The translations under genes and the position numbers were made by a program. A DNA stretch of 64,000 nt, taken from IMG/VR virus record IMGVR_UViG_2877933038_000001; one strand, written 5' to 3'. Shown here piece after piece: positions 1-10,071 of this stretch (within the stretch, counting starts at the first letter, position 1; each line of letters begins with the position of its first letter). Under the pieces are notes generated by a model. The model did not search any database and was not told the origin of the DNA. It worked only from the letters and a program-made list of their open reading frames with translations. Source of the DNA: an uncultured virus (IMG/VR IMGVR_UViG_2877933038_000001). Lineage: Duplodnaviria; Heunggongvirae; Uroviricota; Caudoviricetes.

Positions 1-145
1 AGGTGCGCTGTTGCGTCCTCTCACGGGAGTGTTTAGTACAATAAACAACTAAGAAAACCGCTGGAGTATACCTTGTTTAGCGATTTATTGAACCCCGATC
101 ACACCATAAGCTGTCTTTAGGGTCGAGCGCATTTCGTGCCCCATG

Positions 146-160
146 TTATAAAAATGTAGC
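146..160 (+). other. Putative attL core of prophage A (TTATAAAAATGTAGC)
   Basis: 35 bp beyond int stop; TGCCCCA arm-like repeats nearby; recalled as the Gifsy-2-type core upstream of pncB; second copy not seen in window. Confidence 0.6.
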
Positions 161-194
161 GATGCGACTGCTAACCCCTTGAATTTAAGGATTT

Positions 195-1487
195 CTACTG
201 CGCTGCTACCATGCTTTGGGGCAGTGATGGGGCATAGCGGGAAAGTGCCTGGTTGAGCAGAGAAACCTGTTCTGCGCTCTTCTCTGACATCCACTTTCCA
301 TACACCTTGTAAACCATCTGTGCATCGGTATGCCCCATCTGCGTTGCTATAAAGTTTGGGTTAGCACCAGCTGATAATGACCAGCATGCATAGGTATGTC
401 GTGACTGATACGCGTTACGGTAACGAATGCCGGCACGCTTGATTATCGGGGCCCAAATTTTATTAATGGAATTAACCGCGTAGTGATATCCTGTGCGAGG
501 TCCACGTTTGACGCATTGAGGGCTGAATACGAACGTGCAGGGCTGAATGACAGATTGTCCATATTCCCGCAACTTCACTTCAACCTCAAACTGCCGGCCA
601 AGGCGTGTCAACTGGGCCTGATTCCTCAGGGCATCAATAGCTGGTTGAATGAGATATATCACCCTGTCAGTACCTGCGTCGGTTTTTGGCAGGGTGAACT
701 CATCCGTCTGGGTAAGGTTGCGCTTCACAATGATCGTCCCGGCATGCAGATCGATATCTTCCCAGGCCAGACCGCACAACTCCCCATGCCTCATTCCGGT
801 ATAGACTGCCAGTGACCAGAGATTTCTCATCTGCTGGTGGCCGCATGCCTGGATAAACCTGATGAACTCGTCTGTCGTGAGTGGATCTGGTTCCCCTTTC
901 GCTTTCTTGAGACGGTTAATTCCGCTAAACGGGTTTTCCTTTGCATAGCCGTTATCTGTTCCAAACTGGAAGATCTCGGCCATCAGCATCATGTAATTAT
1001 TCACTGTGGACGATTTCCGGCCTTTAACCTGAGTCCGGTGATCCTTCTTCATTACCTGAAAGCCCGTCAGCAACTCCTTCCTGACATACAGCAAATCCTC
1101 AGTAGTCACCGCAGAAACCATTTTGTTTTCGCCGATGAGTGGAAGCATGTTTTTTATGATAGATTCGTACCTACTCATGGTATTAGAGCTGATCTCCATT
1201 CTCTTCAGCTCGGACCATCTTTCGGTAAGCTCCAGCACAGTAATTTCCTTTCTATCCTGACCGAACCGGGCAAGGTTCGTTGAGTTTGGGAATTTTTCCA
1301 CATAGTTAAAATTCCCCATCCTTATCGCAAAACAAACCGAAGAACGCAGTTCGCCAGCTATCTTGCGATTTTTTGCAGTGTCAGGGATACCAAGGTTTTC
1401 CCTGACACGTTTACCTTTATACAGAAACCAGATGCGGAGCGAACCGCCGTGGTTTTCGACGCCTGTCGGGTATGATGCATTAGCCAT
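195..1487 (-). CDS. int: Tyrosine integrase (arm-binding N-terminus, Gifsy-2-like)
   Basis: TGMRHGEL, YQSRHTYA, QMGH..VY catalytic motifs; start MANASYPTG with GGAGG RBS. Confidence 0.95.
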   Translation of the reverse strand: MANASYPTGVENHGGSLRIWFLYKGKRVRENLGIPDTAKNRKIAGELRSSVCFAIRMGNFNYVEKFPNSTNLARFGQDRKEITVLELTERWSELKRMEISSNTMSRYESIIKNMLPLIGENKMVSAVTTEDLLYVRKELLTGFQVMKKDHRTQVKGRKSSTVNNYMMLMAEIFQFGTDNGYAKENPFSGINRLKKAKGEPDPLTTDEFIRFIQACGHQQMRNLWSLAVYTGMRHGELCGLAWEDIDLHAGTIIVKRNLTQTDEFTLPKTDAGTDRVIYLIQPAIDALRNQAQLTRLGRQFEVEVKLREYGQSVIQPCTFVFSPQCVKRGPRTGYHYAVNSINKIWAPIIKRAGIRYRNAYQSRHTYACWSLSAGANPNFIATQMGHTDAQMVYKVYGKWMSEKSAEQVSLLNQALSRYAPSLPQSMVAAQ

Positions 1488-1531
1488 TAATCCCTCCTGA
1501 CGTCCAGGAGCATTGACGAGTGTACTGCTTT

Positions 1532-1780
1532 TCATGTTGTCTTCGCACCTGGTTGATTTTTTTTCTGCGCCTCGATCCACTGATCAACGGCTTCTCTGTT
1601 GTATATGCATTCGCTCGAAGGCTTCGGATTTCCGTCTGGTGAAATGTGCAGGTACTCGCGGCCCAGCATCCAGGATTCTTTTCTGGCGCGGGTAATGGTT
1701 CCGGGCTTAAGCCCGGTAACCGCAATCAGAACTTTTTCGCTAACCCACTTGTTTGGCGTCAGTTGGATAATGTTGCTCAT
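1532..1780 (-). CDS. xis: Excisionase
   Basis: 82 aa, immediately upstream of int, typical WMLGREY..YNREAVDQW motif. Confidence 0.85.
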   Translation of the reverse strand: MSNIIQLTPNKWVSEKVLIAVTGLKPGTITRARKESWMLGREYLHISPDGNPKPSSECIYNREAVDQWIEAQKKNQPGAKTT

Positions 1781-1820
1781 CGTTTTCTCCAGTGGCCCCG
1801 CAGCGGGCCATCGCTAATAT

Positions 1821-2066
1821 TCAGTTTGCCTGTGCTGGCAGATTTCTAAGTTTCCGGACGCCGATCATTGCGGTGGCTACGTAGCTGGTGGCCCGGTTAA
1901 CTACTTCGACAGGAACCTTTACGCCATCCACTACAACGGTGTAATTGGTAACGTGCTTTTGTCTGCCGTAATCGCCGAACTTCTCATGATGCGCAGCCAG
2001 TGCAATATCACATGCGCGACGACCGACTGGTGATTGCTTACTTCTGTTAATAAGTTTCATCATCAC
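1821..2066 (-). CDS. Conserved phage hypothetical (DUF4060-like)
   Basis: Identical protein repeated at 44377-44622; coupled to dam stop. Confidence 0.7.
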   Translation of the reverse strand: MMMKLINRSKQSPVGRRACDIALAAHHEKFGDYGRQKHVTNYTVVVDGVKVPVEVVNRATSYVATAMIGVRKLRNLPAQAN

Positions 2067-2947
2067 TAAATCCCCAGTGAGGCGACGATATCGTTCGCTG
2101 TTTCTCGGGTACTGCCTTTACTCGATATTGATCTGCGGGCATTGACCCGGTGCAGAGTGAAGCCGTGCCTCTCGTAAAGTTCAATAACGCGTGGTGCGGT
2201 AGAATTACTGATAAACACCTTTGCGCCACGCTGATGGGCTGCCACACAGCTTTCAGCAAGCGCTACCTGGCTATCCCATGAGAACCCACCGGAGGCGTAG
2301 TTAGTGAAGCCAGCGGTGCCGGGCATTGGCTCGTATGGCGGATCGCAGTAAACGACATCACCATCACCCGCCAGCCTGAGAGTACGTTCGAAACCCGCAG
2401 TCATAAATACGCACGCGTGAGACTTCTGCCTGAATGCCCTGATCTCTTCTTCCGGGAAATATGGGGCTTTATACTTTCCCCATCCAACATTGAAAAAACC
2501 GTCAAGGTTGTAACGCATCAGACCGTTAAAGCAGTGCCTGTTGAGGTAAAGGAATGCGGCCGCTCGTTCTGTCGCATTCAGTTTCTGGGCGTTGAATGCT
2601 TCACGAATTACTGTGTAGTTTTCGGCATCATTCAGATGTCTGAAAGCTTTCATAGCCTCTGCGATTACCGAATCAGGCACTACGGCCAGCATCTGGTACA
2701 GGTTAATCAGGTCAGCGTTGACGTCAGCCAGAAGGAAGCGTTCGTGCTTGTCTGAGTTAAGAAACACCGATCCGCCGCCCACAAATGGCTCTATCAGTCG
2801 TTTACCTGCCGGGATAAGACGATCCAGTTCCGGCAGCAGCGAATATTTACCGCCTGCCCATTTCAGGAACGGGCGGCGCCAGGTGCGCAGCGCCGGTTCC
2901 TCTATGGGCATCGCCGCAGTTCCACTGCAAACAGAGCCGTATCTCAT
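2066..2947 (-). CDS. dam: DNA adenine methyltransferase (Dam family)
   Basis: LKWAGGK, EPFVGGGSV, CDPPY motifs. Confidence 0.95.
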   Translation of the reverse strand: MRYGSVCSGTAAMPIEEPALRTWRRPFLKWAGGKYSLLPELDRLIPAGKRLIEPFVGGGSVFLNSDKHERFLLADVNADLINLYQMLAVVPDSVIAEAMKAFRHLNDAENYTVIREAFNAQKLNATERAAAFLYLNRHCFNGLMRYNLDGFFNVGWGKYKAPYFPEEEIRAFRQKSHACVFMTAGFERTLRLAGDGDVVYCDPPYEPMPGTAGFTNYASGGFSWDSQVALAESCVAAHQRGAKVFISNSTAPRVIELYERHGFTLHRVNARRSISSKGSTRETANDIVASLGI

Positions 2948-4008
2948 GCTGCGACCTCAAAGCTCTTTGTCGTAATAGCTTGGATTAGTCTCACCGAAGC
3001 AGCTTTTTGTGAAGCAACGCTGGCAATAACTGTCGCTCTATCTTTTTCAGTGCTGGCGCAGACACCGGACCAGGATGAAATGAGGAAGAAATTCTCCAGC
3101 TCACTCATAGTGGAATTATTTACTAACTCCTCAATCATCTGAACAATGATGTGTGCAGGGCGATGCCGTAGTAGTTCCTGCATTGCGTAGCCAAACGCAT
3201 TGATCATCACCGCGTGGAACTGGATGTAATCCCGCTTATATTCAACAGGCGTACAACCATGCCTAATTCCCTTGATGGCTGTTAGCTTGAGCCATGCCTC
3301 CCAAATGTCATAGATGTCACTAGTAGCAAGCTCATCCCCATTACCAGAGAATTTTGCAGTTGCATCACTCAGGGGTTTGAAGCTAATCCAGAGATCGCTT
3401 TTCGCCGGAACCACGTTGTGTTCAAAGTCTGTTATTTCTGAGAACATGGCATGGGATGACAAAAACGAAACCATATCCTGAGCAATTTTATCCCTACCGT
3501 TATAGGCCATATTGATGGCCGCTGATGGCTTCGATACGTTGTTGTTGATGTCGGAAAAGAACTGCTGGCGCGTTTTGAGCGGCAGTTGGTGTGTCAGCAT
3601 CATTGGGATGTGAATAGGCTCTCCGTAAGTGCGGCAGAACTCTGCAATGCCTGCGGCGCGATGCTGACCGTCAAACAGTTTAATTTCCGCATCCATTGGG
3701 AATCGCGCGACACCCACATTCGTATTGCCAAACTCTTCGAACTCAATGAATGAGTCGCAGTTTCCAACCAGCGGCGGGATGATGAACGGCTCTTTTTTCT
3801 CGTAAGCTGTTCGCAGGTATTCATAAAACTTCTTCGCACGCGCTGGATTGAGTTCTCGCTGAGAACGCTCAAGCGTATTGCCGTGGTTATCTGATGCCAG
3901 AACGCGAGTTAGCGCGCGCGCTGGGACTGTCATCATCAACACAACCGTATTTCCCTGTAAGCCTCTTGATGCCGGGAATTCAAAGAAATAGTCACCAATT
4001 TTGCTCAT
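2944..4008 (-). CDS. DGQHR-domain (DndB/ParB-related) protein
   Basis: SQRELN and FDGQHRAAGI motifs, QQFFSDINN; RBS before MSKIGDY; stop overlaps dam start. Confidence 0.85.
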   Translation of the reverse strand: MSKIGDYFFEFPASRGLQGNTVVLMMTVPARALTRVLASDNHGNTLERSQRELNPARAKKFYEYLRTAYEKKEPFIIPPLVGNCDSFIEFEEFGNTNVGVARFPMDAEIKLFDGQHRAAGIAEFCRTYGEPIHIPMMLTHQLPLKTRQQFFSDINNNVSKPSAAINMAYNGRDKIAQDMVSFLSSHAMFSEITDFEHNVVPAKSDLWISFKPLSDATAKFSGNGDELATSDIYDIWEAWLKLTAIKGIRHGCTPVEYKRDYIQFHAVMINAFGYAMQELLRHRPAHIIVQMIEELVNNSTMSELENFFLISSWSGVCASTEKDRATVIASVASQKAASVRLIQAITTKSFEVAA

Positions 4009-4026
4009 ACTTCCGTCCTCTAACAT

Positions 4027-4089
4027 TTAATTCTTCAACATGGGATGGCGCATCGCGCCAACCCTGATTTCGTCCTGTGCGTGCGTCAT
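4027..4089 (-). pseudogene. Truncated remnant of the small post-exo gene (DUF1317-like, [12 protein letters not shown]...)
   Basis: ATGA overlap with exo stop; 20 codons resembling the N-terminus of the gene that follows exo in lambda. Confidence 0.45.
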
Positions 4090-4766
4090 CGCCACTGCTC
4101 CCCGAACGTGAAGCCAATCTCCTTTAGCGCTTCGTCCATCTTTTCGATAAATTCCGGTACCATTTCATTGAAGAGGGACATGTATTTGTCGTCGCGCTCA
4201 ACAACCACGTGGTGAATGCCTTCTCGCTTCATGCGCGGGTCATAATTCGCGAAATACCAGGCATCTATCCCGGTTACCCACATGCTGAATTGCACCTGGG
4301 CCATATAGGCGGATTTGATAGCCTCGAAGCCGCCAAGCCTGAATTTCATAAAGTCGCGAGAGGTGAAAGGGCATTTCAACTCAAGACCGCGGCCATCACT
4401 GCACAGGCCGTCAGGAGAACAGGCGGTACGCATGTCCTCGTCACGGAAAAGGATCGGCGACCCGGTGACTTTCACGTCAGTGGTGAACTCAAACAGGGTG
4501 CGGGCATCATCTTCATACTGTTTCCCCCAGGCCAGCGCCCTGGCGTTAACTTCCGGTGCCACGCCGGTGCAAACTTCGGCAAGAAGGGTGAGAAAGTAGG
4601 ACATCTTCATATCAGTCCACTTCTTGCCCGACTTTGGCCTGGAAATGACGTTGTGAACTTCGGAAGCAGTGATGACACCGAGGCGTAGACGGTGCCACGC
4701 GTCATCACCTTGCTCGATGTTGCTAACGTCAATACCTGTACGAGCCAGGATAATTTCTGGTGTCAT
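4086..4766 (-). CDS. exo: Lambda-type exonuclease
   Basis: 226 aa [14 protein letters not shown]..., SPDG, ELKCP; very lambda Exo-like. Confidence 0.95.
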   Translation of the reverse strand: MTPEIILARTGIDVSNIEQGDDAWHRLRLGVITASEVHNVISRPKSGKKWTDMKMSYFLTLLAEVCTGVAPEVNARALAWGKQYEDDARTLFEFTTDVKVTGSPILFRDEDMRTACSPDGLCSDGRGLELKCPFTSRDFMKFRLGGFEAIKSAYMAQVQFSMWVTGIDAWYFANYDPRMKREGIHHVVVERDDKYMSLFNEMVPEFIEKMDEALKEIGFTFGEQWR

Positions 4767-5548
4767 GCTTCCACCTTCTGTTCTGCTGCTTTCTGCTTCA
4801 GGAATCCGAGGGCTTTCACTGCTTCGATTTGCGTAAGATCTGACGATGCACCAATATCGCGACGGAAGATTTGGGAGCAGAGCGGCAGCAGATCGTCATC
4901 CCATGTTTTATTCAGGGTGATCAGCAGATCATTAATTTCCCGCATGGTTTCATCGCTAACCGGAGTGATGTCGCGTTCCGGCTGGCGATCTGTGGTATAC
5001 GTGGTATTTTCGACAATGCGTTCGGCCTCATCCTTGTCGTAGATACCTGCGAAACCGAAGGCAAGACGGGCGCACTGGATCATTGCTTTGTGTCGCAACA
5101 TCCGTTTGGGATGTGACTGCCACGGTCCAGTAATCTCACGACCATCACGGGTTTTGAATGGTTCCCGGCGACATTCATCCATCCATTCGGTAACGCAGAT
5201 CGGATGGTTACGGTCCTTACGGTAAATCCTGCATGTACATGATTCGTTATCCTGCTCAAAATCCATACCGTCAAACTGCTGGTTTTCGTTGATGATACGG
5301 GACCAGCCATCAACGCCCACCACAGGGACGATCCCGTTCTGCTTATCAGGAAAGGCGTAAATTTCTTTCGTCCACGGATTAAGACCGTACTGGTTGGCGA
5401 CTATCAGTAACGCAATAAACTGCGCATCACTGGCATCACCTTTAAACGCTGTCTGGCGCAATGTAGTGATCAGTTCCTGCGGATCTACAGAATCCATTCC
5501 TACACGTTCAGCCAGTTTTCCTGCCAGTGTTGCGAGTGCTGTGCTCAT
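4763..5548 (-). CDS. bet: Red recombinase Bet
   Basis: 261 aa [19 protein letters not shown], lambda Beta-like. Confidence 0.95.
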   Translation of the reverse strand: MSTALATLAGKLAERVGMDSVDPQELITTLRQTAFKGDASDAQFIALLIVANQYGLNPWTKEIYAFPDKQNGIVPVVGVDGWSRIINENQQFDGMDFEQDNESCTCRIYRKDRNHPICVTEWMDECRREPFKTRDGREITGPWQSHPKRMLRHKAMIQCARLAFGFAGIYDKDEAERIVENTTYTTDRQPERDITPVSDETMREINDLLITLNKTWDDDLLPLCSQIFRRDIGASSDLTQIEAVKALGFLKQKAAEQKVEA

Positions 5549-5553
5549 TTGTC

Positions 5554-5850
5554 TTATTCCTCTGATTCAATATCAATTTGATGCCGGGAAAACGTCTCGG
5601 CCATGTACCGCACAAACTCCGACGCGCGCTCCTGGAATTCGACATCGTCATCAAATGCCCGGCTGATCGCTTTTTTGTTGGCGCCGTGGCGTGGTAGCTC
5701 GTCCATACACAGCGACTCCAGCATGTGAAGCGACAGTCCTTTCTCCAGATCGTCAGCAAGTTCTGACTCTTTCTCTTCTCTGGCGATTTGCTGGTAATGC
5801 CGGGTCCAGTCCTGAGCCTCGATCCGGTCGTAAGTGAGATATGCGTTCAT
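5554..5850 (-). CDS. gam: RecBCD inhibitor Gam
   Basis: [15 protein letters not shown], upstream of bet. Confidence 0.9.
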   Translation of the reverse strand: MNAYLTYDRIEAQDWTRHYQQIAREEKESELADDLEKGLSLHMLESLCMDELPRHGANKKAISRAFDDDVEFQERASEFVRYMAETFSRHQIDIESEE

Positions 5851-5940
5851 GGCTGAACTCCTGAATTTGGTTTGCAGAATCCCCGACACCATGTGGTCTG
5901 CCAGAATCTGTGCAGTATTTCGTTTTGCTGGTTTTTCCTG

Positions 5941-6141
5941 CTAATGGGTTGCAGGTTTGCCGTGTTGGTTGAGGTAAACCTCGATCTCGTCGTTGGTTGT
6001 CCGCAGGCGTTCGAAAAGGGTAAACAAGTACAACCCTTTTCCTACGTTTGCAGATGCGCGGTATGTGCGCCCCTGGTACTTAACCAGCATTCCCGGTACA
6101 ACGCTGGTTCTTGGTAATGTTGTTGTGCCGTAATTAGTCAT
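5941..6141 (-). CDS. kil: Kil-like cell-division inhibitor (Rac KilR family)
   Basis: YGT..VVPGMLVKYQGRTYRASAN resembles KilR; first gene of pL operon. Confidence 0.65.
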   Translation of the reverse strand: MTNYGTTTLPRTSVVPGMLVKYQGRTYRASANVGKGLYLFTLFERLRTTNDEIEVYLNQHGKPATH

Positions 6142-6159
6142 CTCACCCTCGTTTGCCTT

Positions 6160-6270
6160 ATCGCCGGCCAGCGGAACGTTTATCACCTGCTGCGCGTTAA
6201 CCTTGCCATCTCATCCCGGTCTTCGTATGCCCCGGGCGGCTACTTCGTGGGCGTCCTGCCTTGATGACTC
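6160..6270 (-). ncRNA. Structured pL leader RNA (copy A)
   Basis: Conserved with 48023-48130 including a compensatory base-pair change. Confidence 0.5.
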
Positions 6271-6297
6271 GTTGCTGCGGTTGATAGGTTAAGTATT

Positions 6298-6331
6298 ATC
6301 GATTCAATCGATACATGTCAATTAAATTTGA
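6298..6331. promoter_or_regulatory. OL/pL of prophage A (ATCGATTCAATCGAT-type operators)
   Basis: Palindrome 6298-6312, related GTCAATTAAATTTGA; similar sites at 6894-6928. Confidence 0.55.
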
Positions 6332-6429
6332 TGATTAATTTTACAGGGAAGATTAAGAAAGCGAGATGTGGGTGAATTAATGACATAAAAAAACCGCCAG
6401 TTAAGGCGGTTAGTAGTTTTAAAGCTGGT

Positions 6430-6834
6430 TTAGCGAGAAGGAGGCTCGATTTTTCTGCGTCTTTGGTATTCAGCCATGAAATCGTCTAGTTCTTGAAGTC
6501 TGGTGCCTGCCAGCTCAATAAAACGGTCTTGTTCAACAGTCGGTAGCTGATCAAATATTTCTAAGAGCCGCTTTTGTCGGTCATTGAGATCTGTTGGACC
6601 ACCTTGTGTTAGACGTTCAGGCACATCCGATTCATCATCATCCTCCATGAAGAACCAATACAACGGCTTACCCGTGGCCTTAGGTAACAACTCTAAGATA
6701 TCTTTTCGGGGAAGAATGCCGGACTGACACCAACCATTAACTGATTGAGAGGTAGCGCCGACTCTACGACCTAACTCAGATTGGGTGATCCCAGTCTCAT
6801 TAAGCACTCTTTGTAAACGCTCTCCAAAGTTCAT
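6430..6834 (-). CDS. cI: Short cI-like repressor without S24 peptidase domain (Gifsy-type)
   Basis: N-terminal XRE HTH, divergent from cro; about 134 aa. Confidence 0.85.
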   Translation of the reverse strand: MNFGERLQRVLNETGITQSELGRRVGATSQSVNGWCQSGILPRKDILELLPKATGKPLYWFFMEDDDESDVPERLTQGGPTDLNDRQKRLLEIFDQLPTVEQDRFIELAGTRLQELDDFMAEYQRRRKIEPPSR

Positions 6835-6893
6835 TTTTCGTTCTCGCACAATTACATGGTTTCATTATACAGATTTTTTCTGTAGGTATGTCT

Positions 6894-6928
6894 ATCGAAA
6901 TAATTTGACAGTATCGATTAAATTTGAA
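6894..6928. promoter_or_regulatory. OR/pR of prophage A
   Basis: ATCGAAATAATTTGA and ATCGATTAAATTTGA repeats overlapping TTGACA..AATAAT promoter. Confidence 0.55.
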
Positions 6929-6963
6929 TAATTGGTTGTATCTTCACTCAATGAGACCGACCA

Positions 6964-7200
6964 ATGAAAGTAACTGTTCAACGCAAGATCCTTTCCGTGT
7001 GTAGCCAGGCTGGGTTGGGACGCCGACTTGGTCGCCGTGCTCAGACCGTTAACGGCTGGTTTAAAAACAAAGTTCCCGGCGAACTTGTAGTTCGAGTGGC
7101 AAGAGCTATTGACTGGAAAGTCACCCCACACGAACTGCGTCCTGATCTCTACCCAAACCCAACCGATGGCTTACCAAGCCAAGAGGCATCAGCCAAATAA
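6964..7200 (+). CDS. cro: Cro-like regulator (YdaS family)
   Basis: HTH plus VTPHELRPDLYP motif. Confidence 0.85.
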   Translation: MKVTVQRKILSVCSQAGLGRRLGRRAQTVNGWFKNKVPGELVVRVARAIDWKVTPHELRPDLYPNPTDGLPSQEASAK

Positions 7201-7219
7201 CCATAGAGGATATTTACCC

Positions 7220-7540
7220 ATGGAGAACGCAATTGCACGAAAGTTAGACCCACCAGAAATCAACCCGATTGAGATAGAGAGTGTCCTGCTCAACCGGCTT
7301 GCATCAGTAGGGCAGAAATCATACGCCGAGCATATGGGCATCAGCGAGTCGACAGTCAGCAGGCGTAAAGCTGAGGGATATTTCTGCAACATGGCGAAAG
7401 AGCTGGCTTTTCTTGGGATTCAGGCCGCGCCACCGGAAGCGGTACTGGTATCCAGAAACTATCTCACAGCCGTAGAGATTCTCGCTGATGCCGGGCTAAA
7501 GGCTGAACGAGCCAGGCCGGATGCGCTGGGGTGGGACTGA
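7220..7540 (+). CDS. cII: CII-like activator
   Basis: GQKSYAEHMGISESTVSRRK HTH; position after cro. Confidence 0.8.
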   Translation: MENAIARKLDPPEINPIEIESVLLNRLASVGQKSYAEHMGISESTVSRRKAEGYFCNMAKELAFLGIQAAPPEAVLVSRNYLTAVEILADAGLKAERARPDALGWD

Positions 7541-7624
7541 AAATGACAGCAACCAAAAAGGCGAAAGCCGCGGTGAGGGGTCACCAACGGCTTTCTGGTG
7601 CAAAAACGGTAGGTAATTGCGGAG

Positions 7625-8608
7625 ATGAGTATGTCAAATACCGCTGAAATATACAAATTCCCTGCGCCGATACCGACGCAACAGGAGTGCCGTATGGCTG
7701 ATCTGGAAAATGGCTATTTACGTTTAGCTAATCAGATCCAGGACGCCTTGTGTATCGTTGAACTATCGGGGCGTGAGTTCCGTGTTTTGAATGCGATTAT
7801 CCGGCTGACTTATGGCTGGTCGAAAAAATCAGATCGTATTGCCAACAGCCTCATTGCAGATAAGACAACACTGAAGGTAAAGCATGTATCCGAAGCGGTG
7901 CTGAGTCTTGCCTATCGTAACATCATTATCCTGCGCCGTATTGGTCAAACAAGATACATAGGGATTAATACAAACCTGGATAAATGGGCTTATTCCAAGC
8001 CACATTGCTCAAAATGTCCGGTGTCTTTTCCTGATGATGAAATTGCCACATGGATTATTTCTGTACCCGAAACCAGGGATAGTTATACCCGAAAAGGGGG
8101 AAGGGCATCCCCGAAAACGGGGATAGTTATCCCTGAAAACAGGGATAGCGTTTTACCCCATTCAGCCATCCCTGAAAACGGGGATAGTTATCCCCGAAAA
8201 GAGGGAAGGGCATCCCCGAAAACAGGGAACACCAAAGACATTATTCCAAAGACAAATATAAAAGATCTAACCCCCTTTAATCCCCCTAAGGGAAAAGTGA
8301 AGTTTGATCCGTTGAGTATTCCTGTTCCCGAATGGCTGAATGCTGCGTCGTGGAACGAATGGGTCACATACCGCCAGCAATCCGGAAAGCCCATAAAAAC
8401 CGAACTGACGGTAACAAAAGCTTTCAGGCTTCTGAAGGAGTGCCTGGATGAAGGCCACGATCCGGTAAACGTCATCAACACAAGCATTGCCAACGGCTAC
8501 CAGGGACTATTCAAACCGAAGTTCGCTCTCAACGACCGAAGAGCTGGCAGAGATGTGAACCACATTTCTGCGCCAGACAAAACCATTCCTACCGGATTCA
8601 GGGGGTAA
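7625..8608 (+). CDS. O: Replication initiator, lambda O family
   Basis: MADLENGYLRLAN, RLTYGW motifs; internal iterons. Confidence 0.9.
   Translation: MSMSNTAEIYKFPAPIPTQQECRMADLENGYLRLANQIQDALCIVELSGREFRVLNAIIRLTYGWSKKSDRIANSLIADKTTLKVKHVSEAVLSLAYRNIIILRRIGQTRYIGINTNLDKWAYSKPHCSKCPVSFPDDEIATWIISVPETRDSYTRKGGRASPKTGIVIPENRDSVLPHSAIPENGDSYPRKEGRASPKTGNTKDIIPKTNIKDLTPFNPPKGKVKFDPLSIPVPEWLNAASWNEWVTYRQQSGKPIKTELTVTKAFRLLKECLDEGHDPVNVINTSIANGYQGLFKPKFALNDRRAGRDVNHISAPDKTIPTGFRG
8064..8229 (+). repeat. Replication origin iterons (about 7 x ATCCCYGAAAACRGGGA)
   Basis: Copies near 8064, 8086, 8107, 8129, 8168, 8190, 8212 inside O, lambda ori-like. Confidence 0.85.
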
Positions 8609-8610
8609 CG

Positions 8611-9360
8611 ATGAAAAACGTAATCGGTACTGGCAGTGCGCTTGATCGCCTGAAAAGAATTATCCCAGCCAGTGTGCAGCCGAAATTCTCGACTGCTGAT
8701 GAGTGGCGGGCATGGCAGGAAGCCGAAGGGCGTAAACGCAGTGAAGAGCTTGACAGGATGAATCAGAAATCCCGCACCGAGAAGATTTTCGGGCGATCTG
8801 GCATTCAGGATCTCCATCGTAGCTGTACGTTTGCTAACTACGAAGTAAGCGGGGAGGGGCAGCGAAAAGCGTACACGATGGCAAAAAGTTATGCCCAGAA
8901 CTTCGGTAGTGGATTTGCGAGCTTTGTGTTCAGCGGTGGTCCGGGAACCGGGAAAAACCATCTTGCGGCGGCAATCGGAAATCATCTGCTGGCCGGCGGT
9001 CATAGCGTTCTGGTGGTAACCATTCCTGACCTGATGCTCAGGGTTCGTGAGTGCTACGACGGTGGGCAATCAGAAGCGTCCCTGCTTGATGACCTTTGCA
9101 AAGTTGACCTGCTGGTACTGGATGAAGTCGGTATTCAGCGCGGGAGCAGTGGTGAGAAGGTCATTCTCAATCAGGTTATCGATCGCCGTCTCTCATCGAT
9201 GCGACCTGTTGGCGTTCTGACGAATCTTAACCACGAGGGGCTGTTGGATTCACTGGGCGCGAGGGTTATCGATCGCCTCCAGATGGACGGAGGGATGTGG
9301 GTGAATTTTGACTGGGGAAGCTACCGGAAAAACGTTAGCCACCTCCGGATTGTGAAATAA
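8611..9360 (+). CDS. DnaC-like helicase loader ATPase
   Basis: GPGTGKNHL Walker A, LLVLDEVG Walker B; identical protein at 52061. Confidence 0.9.
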   Translation: MKNVIGTGSALDRLKRIIPASVQPKFSTADEWRAWQEAEGRKRSEELDRMNQKSRTEKIFGRSGIQDLHRSCTFANYEVSGEGQRKAYTMAKSYAQNFGSGFASFVFSGGPGTGKNHLAAAIGNHLLAGGHSVLVVTIPDLMLRVRECYDGGQSEASLLDDLCKVDLLVLDEVGIQRGSSGEKVILNQVIDRRLSSMRPVGVLTNLNHEGLLDSLGARVIDRLQMDGGMWVNFDWGSYRKNVSHLRIVK

Positions 9361-9370
9361 GGGGTTAAAA

Positions 9371-9718
9371 ATGGCCCGACCTAAAACACACAGCGAACGG
9401 ATGATTATTCTTGAGCGGATTATCGGTCTAGTGAAAGAGCAGGGGCGCATCACGACGAACGACGTCGTTGCGATGTTCGGCGTGCACCGAACCACGGCGG
9501 AGAAATATCTGCGTATCGCGCTGGAGCGAGGCGGCTTCATTCGTCATGGTCGCTGCGGCATTTTCCGAGACCAGCGTGCGGTGATTGATTATGACCTCAG
9601 GCGATACAGCAGTAGTCAGGTAACGGGATTTTCAGCGCTGCCGGTGCTGGAGAAAAGCCCGGTAATGCAGGTTTATGGAGCATCAAAAATGAGCATCAAC
9701 AAGGAGGCCGCCCAATGA
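9371..9718 (+). CDS. Winged-HTH phage protein (DUF977-like)
   Basis: DeoR-like HTH; near-identical copy at 52821. Confidence 0.7.
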   Translation: MARPKTHSERMIILERIIGLVKEQGRITTNDVVAMFGVHRTTAEKYLRIALERGGFIRHGRCGIFRDQRAVIDYDLRRYSSSQVTGFSALPVLEKSPVMQVYGASKMSINKEAAQ

Positions 9719-10071
9719 GCAACATCGACAAACTCAATGACCATGAACTGGTTGATCTGAAAAACGCTATCGAAAGAGAGCTTAAACGACGCGCTGATGG
9801 GCCAAAAGTCACCACGTATTATGTCGTCTCCTGCATCACTGATGCTCAGAATTTTACTGATTTGGACTGCGCCTTACGTTGCTTAAAAAGTGTCACCGAA
9901 GACCTTATGGAGTGGGTAGCGGAATCCCCAGAAAACCGGGATTACGTCAATCGATGCACAGGCATTGTTGGGGCAAAACTCCAAGTGGAGGAGATGAATC
10001 TCGATCGCTTCAACATGTGCGTTGCAGAAAAATATTTCGACGATATTTGGTATCCACCGGAGACATCCTAA
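9715..10071 (+). CDS. Hypothetical protein with Ead-type MSNIDK start
   Basis: GGAGG RBS, ATGA coupling. Confidence 0.65.
   Translation: MSNIDKLNDHELVDLKNAIERELKRRADGPKVTTYYVVSCITDAQNFTDLDCALRCLKSVTEDLMEWVAESPENRDYVNRCTGIVGAKLQVEEMNLDRFNMCVAEKYFDDIWYPPETS

Noticed and set aside
8064..8229. Repeat array as CRISPR or novel element
   Set aside because: No unique spacers; these are ordinary lambdoid ori iterons within O.
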